From Desulfobacterales bacterium (GTDB lineage Bacteria > Desulfobacterota > Desulfobacteria > Desulfobacterales > UBA2174): a stretch of 64,000 nucleotides of DNA. Each line of letters begins with the position of its first letter. Position 1 is the first letter of the stretch. The notes below the pieces were generated by a model, which saw only the letters and a program-made list of their open reading frames with translations, ran no database searches and was not told the DNA's origin. Position numbers and translations under genes: made by a program. The stretch lies in NCBI GenBank assembly GCA_963668645.2, contig CAXXWC010000014.1, positions 1 to 64,000 of the forward strand. Reading direction: 5' to 3'. Shown piece by piece: positions 1 to 8,539 of this stretch.

Positions 1-337
1 TGTCCACCACCGGCAGCAAGTCCCGCAGCAGGTTTTCATTGGCATACTTGCGAAAGTCCTCCAACTCTCGAAGGCTTCGCTTTTTGTAGTTATCGAATTC
101 GGCCGAGACACGCAGCAGGCGTTCGTAGTGCTCCGCAGCCTCGCGGCGCGTGGCTTCCAGTTGCGCATTCAAAGAAGACTCCGCTTCCGCGGCAGAGTCG
201 TCCGCGGATGGCGTTCTGGCCCCATCCTCAACTTCCTCGGCAACGGCGCCCACAGGTGAAGGTGTCTCGGTTAACTTAACGTTTACAGCAATATCTTTTG
301 GATTATCGCCCGTGGCGACCTTTTTTTTCGTCGACAT
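1..337 (-). CDS. grpE: Nucleotide exchange factor GrpE (5' part; runs off the window)
   Basis: Manual translation from ATG at 337: MSTKKK...HYERLLRVSAEFDNYKKRSLRELEDFRKYANENLLRDLLPVVD, containing the GrpE AEFDNYxKR and LLPVVD motifs. Not in the ORF track because the stop is outside the window. Confidence 0.95.
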   Translation of the reverse strand, partial: MSTKKKVATGDNPKDIAVNVKLTETPSPVGAVAEEVEDGARTPSADDSAAEAESSLNAQLEATRREAAEHYERLLRVSAEFDNYKKRSLRELEDFRKYANENLLRDLLPVVD

Positions 338-625
338 CTGAATGGCATCTCTCCTAAGATTCGGTCAGCATTTGCGCCGGTTTGGCAACAAGTGGCTAAA
401 CAATAATACGCTTGGCCTTGATGTCAAGCGAGGTCGGCCGAGGTCCAAGCGGTTTAAAACATTTCGAAATTAAGGTGAGCCGGGCTGATCCGCGCCCGCC
501 GCGGCGGGCTGTGGCGGCCGCGGGCAACAGATCGGTGAGGATTGGTACTCTGCGGCCAGGGCCGCAGCCCGCATTGCACTGCGGAACAAAGGGTTGCCGG
601 GATCGGGGAGGGGCAGGTGGGATCT

Positions 626-875
626 GGTTGTGCACCCCCTGTCGTACCGTTGCCGGGCGGCGACGGTCATCAGCATGACCGGGATCGATCCGCGACACAG
701 ACCGCATTACTTATCGCTGCTTCCTTCCGGACCTGACGAGGTTCGTAACCGTCTGTTGCGCGGCGACCGGGCAGTGAGACCAATGCTGCCGGCGTCGGTT
801 CTCGAGGGGGAGTTCAGCCCCGCATAAAGCGGATTTCGGGTACAGGGCACCGCTAACTCCCCGCCTAGCACAACC
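626..875 (-). ncRNA. ffs: Signal recognition particle RNA, large bacterial type with Alu domain
   Basis: The minus strand contains the SRP domain IV core TCAGGTCCGGAAGGAAGCAGC. Its 5' part GTGCTAGGCGGGGAGTTAGCGGTGCCCTGTACCCGAAATCCGCT resembles the Bacillus scRNA Alu domain. The 5' GGTTGTGC pairs with the 3' GCACAACC. Confidence 0.95.
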
Positions 876-882
876 GGGCCGT

Positions 883-910
883 ACTATATTGAAACTGTTT
901 CGATTTGCAA
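883..910 (-). promoter_or_regulatory. Putative sigma70 promoter of the SRP RNA
   Basis: TTGCAA-N16-TATAGT on the minus strand, 7 nt upstream of the predicted RNA 5' end. Confidence 0.6.
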
Positions 911-949
911 GTCCAAATCCCACTGCCGGTTTTTTCAAAGGAGGAAGTG

Positions 950-1618
950 ATGCAGGTTTTTGAAAAGCTTCACGGTTTTTTCTGGAACTCGAACCAGGCC
1001 AACAATTGCAATACCTACCTGATCGACGACGGAGTGCGGGTGCTCATCGACCCGGGGCACGCAGCCTTTTTCGAGCATGTGCGCCGGGGTCTGACCGCGC
1101 TGAGCATCGATCCGGCCGACATCGACCTGGTGATATGCACCCATGCCCACCCCGACCATGTCGAAGCGGTGCGGTTTTTCAAGAATCTTCCGGCCCGGGT
1201 GGCCATGCATCCAGATGAGTGGGCAATGGTCGAGTCCATGGGCCCTTACGTGCGCAGCGCCCTGGGGGCCGACGTTGAGGAATTGACGCCGGATATTTTC
1301 CTCACCGAGGGGAGTCTCAAGATCCGCGGTCTGGACCTCGATGTCTATCACACCCCCGGCCATGCCCCCGGTGCGATCTGCCTCCACTGGCCCCAGGGCG
1401 AGGCCCTGTTTACCGGAGATCTGGTCTTTGCCGGCGGGGTGGGGCGCACCGATCTGCCCGGCGGCAGCGGGGGGCAGCTCAAAGAGAGCATCCGGCGCAT
1501 GGCGGCGCTGGAAAAAGTGGCTTATCTGCTTCCCGGCCACGGACCGGCGGTGAGCGGAGAGGCGGCCGTGCAGCGCAATTTTGCCCAGGTGGAACAGACC
1601 TGGTTCGGCTATCTGTGA
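950..1618 (+). CDS. MBL-fold metallo-hydrolase (glyoxalase II-like)
   Basis: THAHPDH, TPGH, FTGD and PGHG motifs; GGAGG RBS before ATG 950. Confidence 0.9.
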   Translation: MQVFEKLHGFFWNSNQANNCNTYLIDDGVRVLIDPGHAAFFEHVRRGLTALSIDPADIDLVICTHAHPDHVEAVRFFKNLPARVAMHPDEWAMVESMGPYVRSALGADVEELTPDIFLTEGSLKIRGLDLDVYHTPGHAPGAICLHWPQGEALFTGDLVFAGGVGRTDLPGGSGGQLKESIRRMAALEKVAYLLPGHGPAVSGEAAVQRNFAQVEQTWFGYL

Positions 1619-1631
1619 GGCGGCCCGCGCT

Positions 1632-2162
1632 CTATCGCGTGCTTGTTGGATCCAGGGCGGCCAGATTGCCGGCCCAACGGCGGTGCAGTTTTGCGAGCTG
1701 CTCAAGCCAGTCCGCCGCGGCCTGCGGGTTGGGGGTCACGGCCGTTCCGGTGATGCCGTCCGCGGCCAGGCGGCGGCCTGCCGCTTGGGCCCGGGCGGCC
1801 CTGAGAGATTCGAGCCCGGTGTGATAGTCGGCCAGCAGCGCTGCAACCGCATTCCAGACGCTTTGCTGCCCGGAATTTTGCAGGATTTCCTGCCAGGGCG
1901 TATTATCCGCGTCCGGATCGATGCGTTCCAGCACCGCCCGGATCAGATCACCGGGCAGATCGATGCCGGATCCGGTTTCCACCTTGCGCATCGCATCCTC
2001 GAGCTGTGCAAGGGAGATCGCTGCGTCGGCATATTGCTGAATCAGCCCCGCCAGCCGCCGCCGCCCGTCCTCGATCCGCTGGCACCGTTTTTCGTCCTCG
2101 TTCAGCGTCAGGTGGCGGGTGCGCTCCATGACCAGATCGAGGGTGCTTTTGATTTCGCCCAT
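1632..2162 (-). CDS. Hypothetical protein
   Basis: 176-aa ORF with GGAGG RBS; N-terminus MGEIKSTLDLVMERT resembles conserved Desulfobacterota hypothetical proteins. Confidence 0.7.
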   Translation of the reverse strand: MGEIKSTLDLVMERTRHLTLNEDEKRCQRIEDGRRRLAGLIQQYADAAISLAQLEDAMRKVETGSGIDLPGDLIRAVLERIDPDADNTPWQEILQNSGQQSVWNAVAALLADYHTGLESLRAARAQAAGRRLAADGITGTAVTPNPQAAADWLEQLAKLHRRWAGNLAALDPTSTR

Positions 2163-2196
2163 TGTTCGCCTCCGTTGCCGGTCACTCCGGCGGTTT

Positions 2197-3366
2197 TCAC
2201 GCCTGGGCCGATCCCACCTTTGGGAAGGCCATCACCAGCAGGACGGTGAGTATCGGTATCCAGGCAACGGCGAAGAGCACGTTGCGCACGCCGTAGTGAT
2301 CGGCCAGCCATCCCACCGCCGGAGTGAAAAGTCCCCCCAGGCCATAGGCCAGGCCCATCATCAGGCTGGCCACCATGGCCCGTCCCCGGGGGGCGAGCTG
2401 CTGGGCCATGGCGACCCCCAGCGGCAAGGAGGCCAGGACGGTGAAGCCGGCCACAAAGGCGCCCAGATAGATCCAGTTACCCCGGCAGACCATCAGAAAG
2501 TAGAGCGCCGGTGTCATCAGCAGATGGGTGGCCAGAAAGACCGGCTTGAACCCGATGCGGTCGGCCATGTGCCCGGAGATCAACCCGCTGAGGGCCCCGG
2601 CCACGGTGAATAGGGCGAGCCATCCCCCGGCGGCCACCAGGCTGTGGCCCTCCTGGACCATCAGAACCGGTGCGAAGGTCTGAAAGGACTGCCCCACCAG
2701 GGCCCGCAGCACCATCACCAGCCAGATCAACGCCAGGATGCGCCAGACAGGGCCCAGGGAATCTTTCAGCGCTCTGCGGAATCCCAGGGCGGCCAGGCCT
2801 TCGCTTTCCGGCTTGGGTAGCACCCGGTAGAGGTAGGCCAAGGTCACAAGACCCAGGATCATGGTCCAGGGCAGGGCCTCGAGGCCGAAGCGGGCCACGT
2901 AAGCCGTCACGAAAACCGGCCCCACGGCGAAGGCGAAGGTTCCCCCGGTATTGAAGATCGACATGCACAGGCCGACCTGGCGGCCGGCAAAGAGCGGCAC
3001 CATCCCCGTCACCGAGGGGTGGAACATGGAAGAGCCCACCGAACCGATGGCCACCACCAGCAACAGGGCCCAGAAGGCCGGGGAGATTCCGGCCAGGGGG
3101 ATGAAGCCCACGGCCAGGGCCAGGCCGCCCAGCGGAAAGACGCGTGACTGGAAGCGGTCGGAGAAATAGCCCACCGTGGGCTGGACGATAAAGGCCAGAA
3201 AGCGCGCCGTGCCGGCCACGATGCCCACTTGCGCCAGGGTCAGTCCGAGCTTGTCCACCAGGGCCGGAAAAAGGGGACTGATAAAGGAGCTGTAAAAGTC
3301 TCCGCTGAAATGGACCAGGGTCAGGGCGAAGATCATGCGCAGATTGGCTTTTGCTGCGAGGGTCAT
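2197..3366 (-). CDS. MFS transporter (Fsr-like)
   Basis: About 12 hydrophobic segments; QPTVGYFSDR and SSMFHP motifs typical of fosmidomycin-resistance-like MFS proteins. Confidence 0.88.
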   Translation of the reverse strand: MTLAAKANLRMIFALTLVHFSGDFYSSFISPLFPALVDKLGLTLAQVGIVAGTARFLAFIVQPTVGYFSDRFQSRVFPLGGLALAVGFIPLAGISPAFWALLLVVAIGSVGSSMFHPSVTGMVPLFAGRQVGLCMSIFNTGGTFAFAVGPVFVTAYVARFGLEALPWTMILGLVTLAYLYRVLPKPESEGLAALGFRRALKDSLGPVWRILALIWLVMVLRALVGQSFQTFAPVLMVQEGHSLVAAGGWLALFTVAGALSGLISGHMADRIGFKPVFLATHLLMTPALYFLMVCRGNWIYLGAFVAGFTVLASLPLGVAMAQQLAPRGRAMVASLMMGLAYGLGGLFTPAVGWLADHYGVRNVLFAVAWIPILTVLLVMAFPKVGSAQA

Positions 3367-3673
3367 AGTGGAAAATCCGTTTTAGCTGGTAGGTTCGCGC
3401 CGGGCTGCCACGTCTTGTCGTTGCTGCCGGGAAAGATAGACGCGCCCTGAACGGCTGAGGGCGAAAGAATCGCCGTTCGAGGTTCATGCCACGGTATCTT
3501 TAAAAGCGGCAGTTGGCGAAGGTAAGCGATTGCGCGGGGCGTGTCAATTCTATCCTGGGCGAAACGGCAGTTCCCGTCGAATCCGGGATCTGCCGGTTTT
3601 CCCAAAAGGATGGACGCGTTGGAATTGAAACCGAGGCGGGAAAAACCGGCGCGAAACATCACCGGCAGGCGGA

Positions 3674-4090
3674 TCAGGCCGGGAAGACCAGGTGGTCCAG
3701 GATCAGGCCGTAAAAGAGCCCCCCGCTTGGCGCCTCGAAACGCCAGCCCAGGTGCGCCATGCAACCGCCGCAGATCGCCATCCGCCACAGATATCCGCTG
3801 AACCAACTGAACTCGTCGCTGGCCGCCCCGACTTGGGCGCATCCCGGTGCCGTGCGGAAGCAGCCGATTTCAAAGACGATGCCATGCGGGTTGGCGAAGG
3901 TGTGCCGGTGGGCGCCATCCATTTCCAGAGCTTCGGCCGGACGGGTGATGATATGGCGGCAGCGGCGGCAGATGATGGCCGGGGCCTCCCGGGCCTGCTG
4001 GGACGGCGCATTCCCGGCGCCGGGCAACGGGGAGCCGCTGGCGCCGCGATCATCGTGGCCGGTGCGTGCAAGCCACAAGCGGTTTCCCAT
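3674..4090 (-). CDS. Cereblon-family (CULT domain) protein
   Basis: CxxC...NPHG..F...GCF...FSWFSGYLW...CxxC..HLGWRF, i.e. zinc ligands plus the tri-Trp cage motifs. Start uncertain. Confidence 0.85.
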   Translation of the reverse strand: MGNRLWLARTGHDDRGASGSPLPGAGNAPSQQAREAPAIICRRCRHIITRPAEALEMDGAHRHTFANPHGIVFEIGCFRTAPGCAQVGAASDEFSWFSGYLWRMAICGGCMAHLGWRFEAPSGGLFYGLILDHLVFPA

Positions 4091-4303
4091 CGGCACCTCC
4101 GGTGTTTTGAAATGGATTCTCCCGGAGGATAGGGGGAGGGGCCCAAGAATGTCAAACGGACATGGCACGGGGCGGCGATTGGGGCAGGCCCATCCCGGGG
4201 TCTACCCTTGGGGTGGCCCGGTTCACCCGGCCCGCGGTCATTGCTGGCTTTAGCGGGATTTTGCTCGGCACGGGTTGGAAACCGCCTCCACCCGGCTTGT
4301 GGT

Positions 4304-4678
4304 CTAGGCCGGCGGGCAAAGCCGGGCCAGGTGCGCCAGAAGGGCGTCCAGATCGGCCGGCGAGGGCGCCAAGGGCAGTCGGCCGAGAAGGCCCAGCCCC
4401 TCCGAGGCTTCGTGAAAGGCCTCGTCGTCCAGATCGCTGACCAGGGCCAGGTTGACGAAGGCGTCCGCCTGCAAAAGATCGCGGCACAGCGCAATCCCGT
4501 CCTGCCCGTTCACGCGATGGTCGATCAGGGCCAGATCCGGGCGCCGCCGTGCGACGGCGTCCATGGCTGCCTGCCGGTTTCCGGCCCATTCCAGGGCGGC
4601 CCCGCACCGGTCTTCAAGATGATGGCTGACACCTTGGAAGGCGGATTTGCGATCCGTTACGATCAGAATTTGCACCAT
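4304..4678 (-). CDS. Stand-alone receiver-domain protein (atypical)
   Basis: ILIV...PDLALID...DGIALCR receiver pattern; the C-terminal KP motif is absent. Confidence 0.7.
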   Translation of the reverse strand: MVQILIVTDRKSAFQGVSHHLEDRCGAALEWAGNRQAAMDAVARRRPDLALIDHRVNGQDGIALCRDLLQADAFVNLALVSDLDDEAFHEASEGLGLLGRLPLAPSPADLDALLAHLARLCPPA

Positions 4679-4765
4679 TGCCGGACAGACTCCTCTTGTG
4701 GGGCTTTGAGACGGGTTCAGGCGTGGGGGCGAACGCCCCGGTGCCGGCAGAACCCGGCCTTCGAA

Positions 4766-5017
4766 TTACAGGTTGGCCTTGCCACAGCACGAACCGGGGC
4801 CGGCGCAGCCGGAGTGGCCCGGATGGCTGCCGCAGCAGGCCGTATCGCCCGGGCCGGGAAAGGCCTGGCCCGTGCGTCCGGTCAGGCTGCTGGTGGCACT
4901 CATCAGTTTGCGTACCCGGGTTGCGCCGCAATGGGGGCAGACCATGTCTTGGGTGCCGGTGACCAGAACTTCGCCTGACTTACCGCATTGGTCGCAGATC
5001 ACGTCGTAGATCGGCAT
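4766..5017 (-). CDS. FmdB-family zinc-ribbon protein with Cys-rich tail
   Basis: MPIYDVICDQCG...CPHCG...RKLMS; GGAG RBS. Confidence 0.85.
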   Translation of the reverse strand: MPIYDVICDQCGKSGEVLVTGTQDMVCPHCGATRVRKLMSATSSLTGRTGQAFPGPGDTACCGSHPGHSGCAGPGSCCGKANL

Positions 5018-5030
5018 GCAGGGTTCTCCT

Positions 5031-5528
5031 TTACTTGTCGGCGGCGCTGGAGGGGTCCAGGGGTCGAGCGTCCTTTCCCCAGACCTTGCGATAGTAGTCG
5101 TCCAGGGCCTCGCCCAAGGTGTTGACCGCCAGATTGGCACAGTGCATGTGGTCGGCCGGCAGGCCGCCGAGTTCGGCCGCCACGTCCTGGGGCTGGATTC
5201 TCAACACCTCTTCCAGGGAGTGCCCCTGGGCCAGCTTGCTTACCGCACTGCCACAGGCTACGGTGTAGGCGCATCCTTTGGGGAGATGGTGGACACCTTG
5301 CATGCGGGAACCGTCGGTCTGGATAAAGACCTCTATGGAATCGCCGCAAACGCCGACCCCCAACGCGTATCCGTCATAGACGCCCGGCCTGCCGATGTTG
5401 CATGGCATCTGGGCGTGGGTGAAAAATTGCGGGTCAAGCCCCTCTATTTCGTGTTCGTGCGTTTGGGCGTTTTCACCGGCATGATCTTCTGTCGTGAGCG
5501 TACGGTCCATCTCTTCTTGTTCGCGCAT
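5031..5528 (-). CDS. NifU/IscU-like Fe-S scaffold protein
   Basis: CGDS, GC...ACGS and LGGLPADHMHCANLA motifs supply the three IscU cysteines. Confidence 0.85.
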   Translation of the reverse strand: MREQEEMDRTLTTEDHAGENAQTHEHEIEGLDPQFFTHAQMPCNIGRPGVYDGYALGVGVCGDSIEVFIQTDGSRMQGVHHLPKGCAYTVACGSAVSKLAQGHSLEEVLRIQPQDVAAELGGLPADHMHCANLAVNTLGEALDDYYRKVWGKDARPLDPSSAADK

Positions 5529-5687
5529 CCGAATCCGTATCCCGGTAAAATTGGCATTGCCGCGTTTTGCCGGAGGGGCTTGTGGGGCAAGCCCGGTGGC
5601 GGGCGGGCCGGCCCGCCCCTGCGGCAGGTTCGCGGTCTATGTTGGGGACGATCTAATGCGGGCGATTCGTCCTGCTTGTGGATCGTG

Positions 5688-6071
5688 TCAGTGTGCGCCG
5701 CCGCCACCGCCGCAGGTGTGTTCCTGGCTGAACTGCTGCAGGCGGCCGGCCACGAAAGCCTCCACCGCCTGGCCCACACTCTGGGCGTCGCCGCCGTAAA
5801 AAACCTGGATGCCGACCTGGTTAAACCCCATCAAGGGGCGCAAGCCCATACCGCCGGCGATCAGGGCCTTGGCGCCCTGCTGGGCCAGGTACTGAACCGG
5901 GGCCATGCAGCCGCCCTGCTGATGGGGCACGTTGGGAATCACCTTGACCTCTTTGACCTGTCCATCCTCAACGGCCACCAGGGTGTAAAGATCGCAGTGG
6001 CCGAAATGCGCCCCGATGCCGGCCTCCAGGCCGCCCGGGGTGGTAGAGGGAATGGCAATAATCGTGTTCAT
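5688..6071 (-). CDS. NifB/NifX-family Mo-Fe cluster-binding protein
   Basis: HFGHCD...GGC...IAGGMG motifs; C-terminal HTCGG. Confidence 0.88.
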   Translation of the reverse strand: MNTIIAIPSTTPGGLEAGIGAHFGHCDLYTLVAVEDGQVKEVKVIPNVPHQQGGCMAPVQYLAQQGAKALIAGGMGLRPLMGFNQVGIQVFYGGDAQSVGQAVEAFVAGRLQQFSQEHTCGGGGGAH

Positions 6072-6253
6072 GACCAGCTCCTTTTTATGTGTATCTGAAA
6101 ATTATCGGGAAGTCATCCCCATTCATGGTTGCAAAAAGTGAAAACGGCAACGGAGCGCCGAAATTGATTTTCCCGTAAAATGAATACGCCTCCGCCGCCT
6201 TGGCAGGCGCGTTGTTTTGCGAGATCCGTTCATGATCCAAAAGGGGCCGGATG

Positions 6254-7138
6254 TCAAGCCGCCTGCCTGGGGTGAACCTGGGCCTCGACGGCCCGCCAGA
6301 TTTCCTCGACCCGCTGCGCCAGGGCGCCGCGGGATTGCTCCATGATGGTTTGACGGGCCACCATGGCCCCGGTAACAGCGCTGTCGTAAGGCAGCCGGCC
6401 CAGCAGCGACAGGCCCCTGGCGGCGCAATCGGCCGCGATTTCTTCTGCCCGGCGTTCACTGAGGTCATGCTTGTTGATCACCACGCCGGCGGGCACTTTG
6501 AAGTGGGCGCAAAGGTCCACGATGCGCGCCAGGTCGTGTCTTCCGGAAGGCGTTGGCTCAGTGACGATAACGGCGAAAGAAGCGCCGGACAAAGAGCTGA
6601 TCACCGGGCAGCCGATCCCGGGGGGACCGTCTGACAGGATCAGGGGGATCTGTTGCTGCCGGGCCAGCTCCTGGGCCTGCTGGCGCAGCAGGGCCACCAG
6701 ACGGCCGGAGTTTTCCTGCGCTGGGTAAAGTTGCGCATGAACCATCCGGCCAAATCGGGTCTTGGAATGGTACCATTCACCGCAGGTGCGCGGCTGCCAA
6801 TCGATGGCGCCGGCCGGGCAGAAGGTCACACAGACCTTGCACCCCTCGCAGTGAAGTGGATCGATGGACGGTGCACCTTTACCGGGGATCACGGCATCGT
6901 AACGGCACATCTCGGCACAAATGCCGCAATCGGTACAATCCTGCGGGCGGATCGAGGCTTCGTAGCCCGACTGGAAGAGCTTTTTTTCCAGCGGTTCGGG
7001 TTGCAGCAGAAGATGCAGGTCGGGTGCGTCCACGTCCAGGTCGCAAATCACTGCCGGCTGCGCCAGCTGGGCAAAAGCGGCGGTCAGGGATGTCTTGCCG
7101 GTCCCCCCCTTGCCGCTGAGAATGACGATCTCATCCAT
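6254..7138 (-). CDS. MinD-like P-loop ATPase with 2x[4Fe-4S] insert (ORP-complex ATPase)
   Basis: SGKGGTGKT, DVDAPDL, CTDCGIC and CEGCKVC..CP, DGPPGIGCPV, VTEPT. Confidence 0.9.
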   Translation of the reverse strand: MDEIVILSGKGGTGKTSLTAAFAQLAQPAVICDLDVDAPDLHLLLQPEPLEKKLFQSGYEASIRPQDCTDCGICAEMCRYDAVIPGKGAPSIDPLHCEGCKVCVTFCPAGAIDWQPRTCGEWYHSKTRFGRMVHAQLYPAQENSGRLVALLRQQAQELARQQQIPLILSDGPPGIGCPVISSLSGASFAVIVTEPTPSGRHDLARIVDLCAHFKVPAGVVINKHDLSERRAEEIAADCAARGLSLLGRLPYDSAVTGAMVARQTIMEQSRGALAQRVEEIWRAVEAQVHPRQAA

Positions 7139-8012
7139 GGGCGGCCTCCTTTGGAGTCGGATGGGCACTGACGATGGTTCGAAGCCGTTGAGCCAGGTCC
7201 TCGACGATTTTGCGGACCCAGGGGACCGCGGCGGCCACCACCCGCCCTTCGGCGTAAGCCTCGGCAACGGCGCGGTCATAGGGAATTTCGGCCAGGATTT
7301 CCAGCCCCTGGCGCTCACAAAAACCGTAGACCGCATCTTCCCCGATCCCGACCCGGTTGATCACTACCCCCATCGGCTTTCCCAGGGAAGAAAAGGCTTT
7401 GTGGGCCAACCCGAGATCGAAGACCCCGAAGGGCGTCGGTTCGGTCACCAGTACGATGGCGTCGGCGTCCATCACCGCGTTGACCGCCGGGCAGCTCACC
7501 CCGGGCGGAGCGTCGATGATCATATCGCTGCCCGGCGGGGCGATTTCGCAAAGCTGCCCCTTGACCTGGCGCATCAGCGGCGGGCTCATGGCCTCGCCGA
7601 TCCGGGAGCGGCCCATGATAAACCCTGCATGTCCGGCCGTTCCCCAGACGATTTCCCCCAGCTCGCGTTCCCCGGGGTGCAGGGCCCCCTCCGGGCAGAC
7701 GGCCAGGCAGCCGCCGCAGCCGTGGCACATCTCCGGAAACACCATCAGTACCTCGCCGAAGACCTTGACGGCGGCGAACTGGCAGATATCCGAACACTTG
7801 CGGCAAAAGGTGCATTTGCTTTCATCCGGTTCGGGAATTTCGAGCATCGCCTTGCGGCGGCCCGCTTCCACCGGATGGAGAAACAGATGCAGGTTGGGCG
7901 CCTCCACGTCCAGGTCGACGGCCACCACCGGGGCGGGCCAGACATGAACCAGGCTGGCGGCTACGGTGGTTTTCCCCGTGCCCCCCTTGCCGCTGGCCAC
8001 GGCGATCTTCAT
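7131..8012 (-). CDS. MinD-like P-loop ATPase with 2x[4Fe-4S] insert (paralog)
   Basis: SGKGGTGKT, DVEAPN, CTFCRKC and CHGCGGC..CP, DAPPGVSCP, VTEPTPFG. Confidence 0.9.
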   Translation of the reverse strand: MKIAVASGKGGTGKTTVAASLVHVWPAPVVAVDLDVEAPNLHLFLHPVEAGRRKAMLEIPEPDESKCTFCRKCSDICQFAAVKVFGEVLMVFPEMCHGCGGCLAVCPEGALHPGERELGEIVWGTAGHAGFIMGRSRIGEAMSPPLMRQVKGQLCEIAPPGSDMIIDAPPGVSCPAVNAVMDADAIVLVTEPTPFGVFDLGLAHKAFSSLGKPMGVVINRVGIGEDAVYGFCERQGLEILAEIPYDRAVAEAYAEGRVVAAAVPWVRKIVEDLAQRLRTIVSAHPTPKEAAHG

Positions 8013-8440
8013 TGCCACCTCCGGCCGCCGCCCCCGCGCCCGCCGCCGCCCGTTCCGGCGCCGGGCCGTCCCCCGCCGCTGTGGGCCTGGCTGTTGGGGT
8101 TGTCGGCGATGGTGATGTCGCCCGTCTTGTAACGTTCCACGGCCTGGCGGACCGTCATGTTGGCCAGGTCCTGAATGATCCGGACTTTGCCGGCCGCAAG
8201 CGCCTGAAAGGCCTTGGGCCCGACGTAGCCGGTCAATACGGCCGTGGCGCCGGCGCGGATGACGGTTTCGGCCGCCTGAATGCCGGCACCCCGGGCCATG
8301 GCCTGGGCCTGGCCGTTTTCCTGGTAGGTGAAGGTCATGGTCTCAGGGTCCACGATCAGAAAACCGGCGGCGCGCCCGAATCGCGGATCGACCTGGGCAT
8401 CCAGGCTGGGCTCGTCACAACTGATTGCAATTTTACTCAT
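8009..8440 (-). CDS. Orange protein (ORP)-like NifB/NifX-family protein
   Basis: VDPRFGRAAGF...GAGIQAA...LTGYVGPKAFQAL closely resembles Desulfovibrio orange protein; Gly/Arg-rich tail; GGAGG RBS. Confidence 0.88.
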   Translation of the reverse strand: MSKIAISCDEPSLDAQVDPRFGRAAGFLIVDPETMTFTYQENGQAQAMARGAGIQAAETVIRAGATAVLTGYVGPKAFQALAAGKVRIIQDLANMTVRQAVERYKTGDITIADNPNSQAHSGGGRPGAGTGGGGRGGGGRRWQ

Positions 8441-8539
8441 TTCTGTTAACCTCCAAAGGCCACCGGATAAGTGGCGGTTCATGTTTGTTACGAGCATATA
8501 CCCATTAAGACCGGAATCCGATCCTGTCAAATTCTTTTT

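Noticed and set aside
338..470. CIRCE or sigma-32 element upstream of grpE
   Set aside because: No TTAGCACTC-N9-GAGTGCTAA and no well-spaced CTTGAA/CCCCAT; only a possible TTGACA-N16-TATTGT.
396..938. Several short ORFs between grpE and the MBL hydrolase
   Set aside because: They overlap the SRP RNA and promoter regions and show no protein motifs.
5031..8440. Nitrogen fixation cluster
   Set aside because: NifX-like and NifU-like domains are present but nifHDK/ENB are not; the arrangement fits the ORP cluster.
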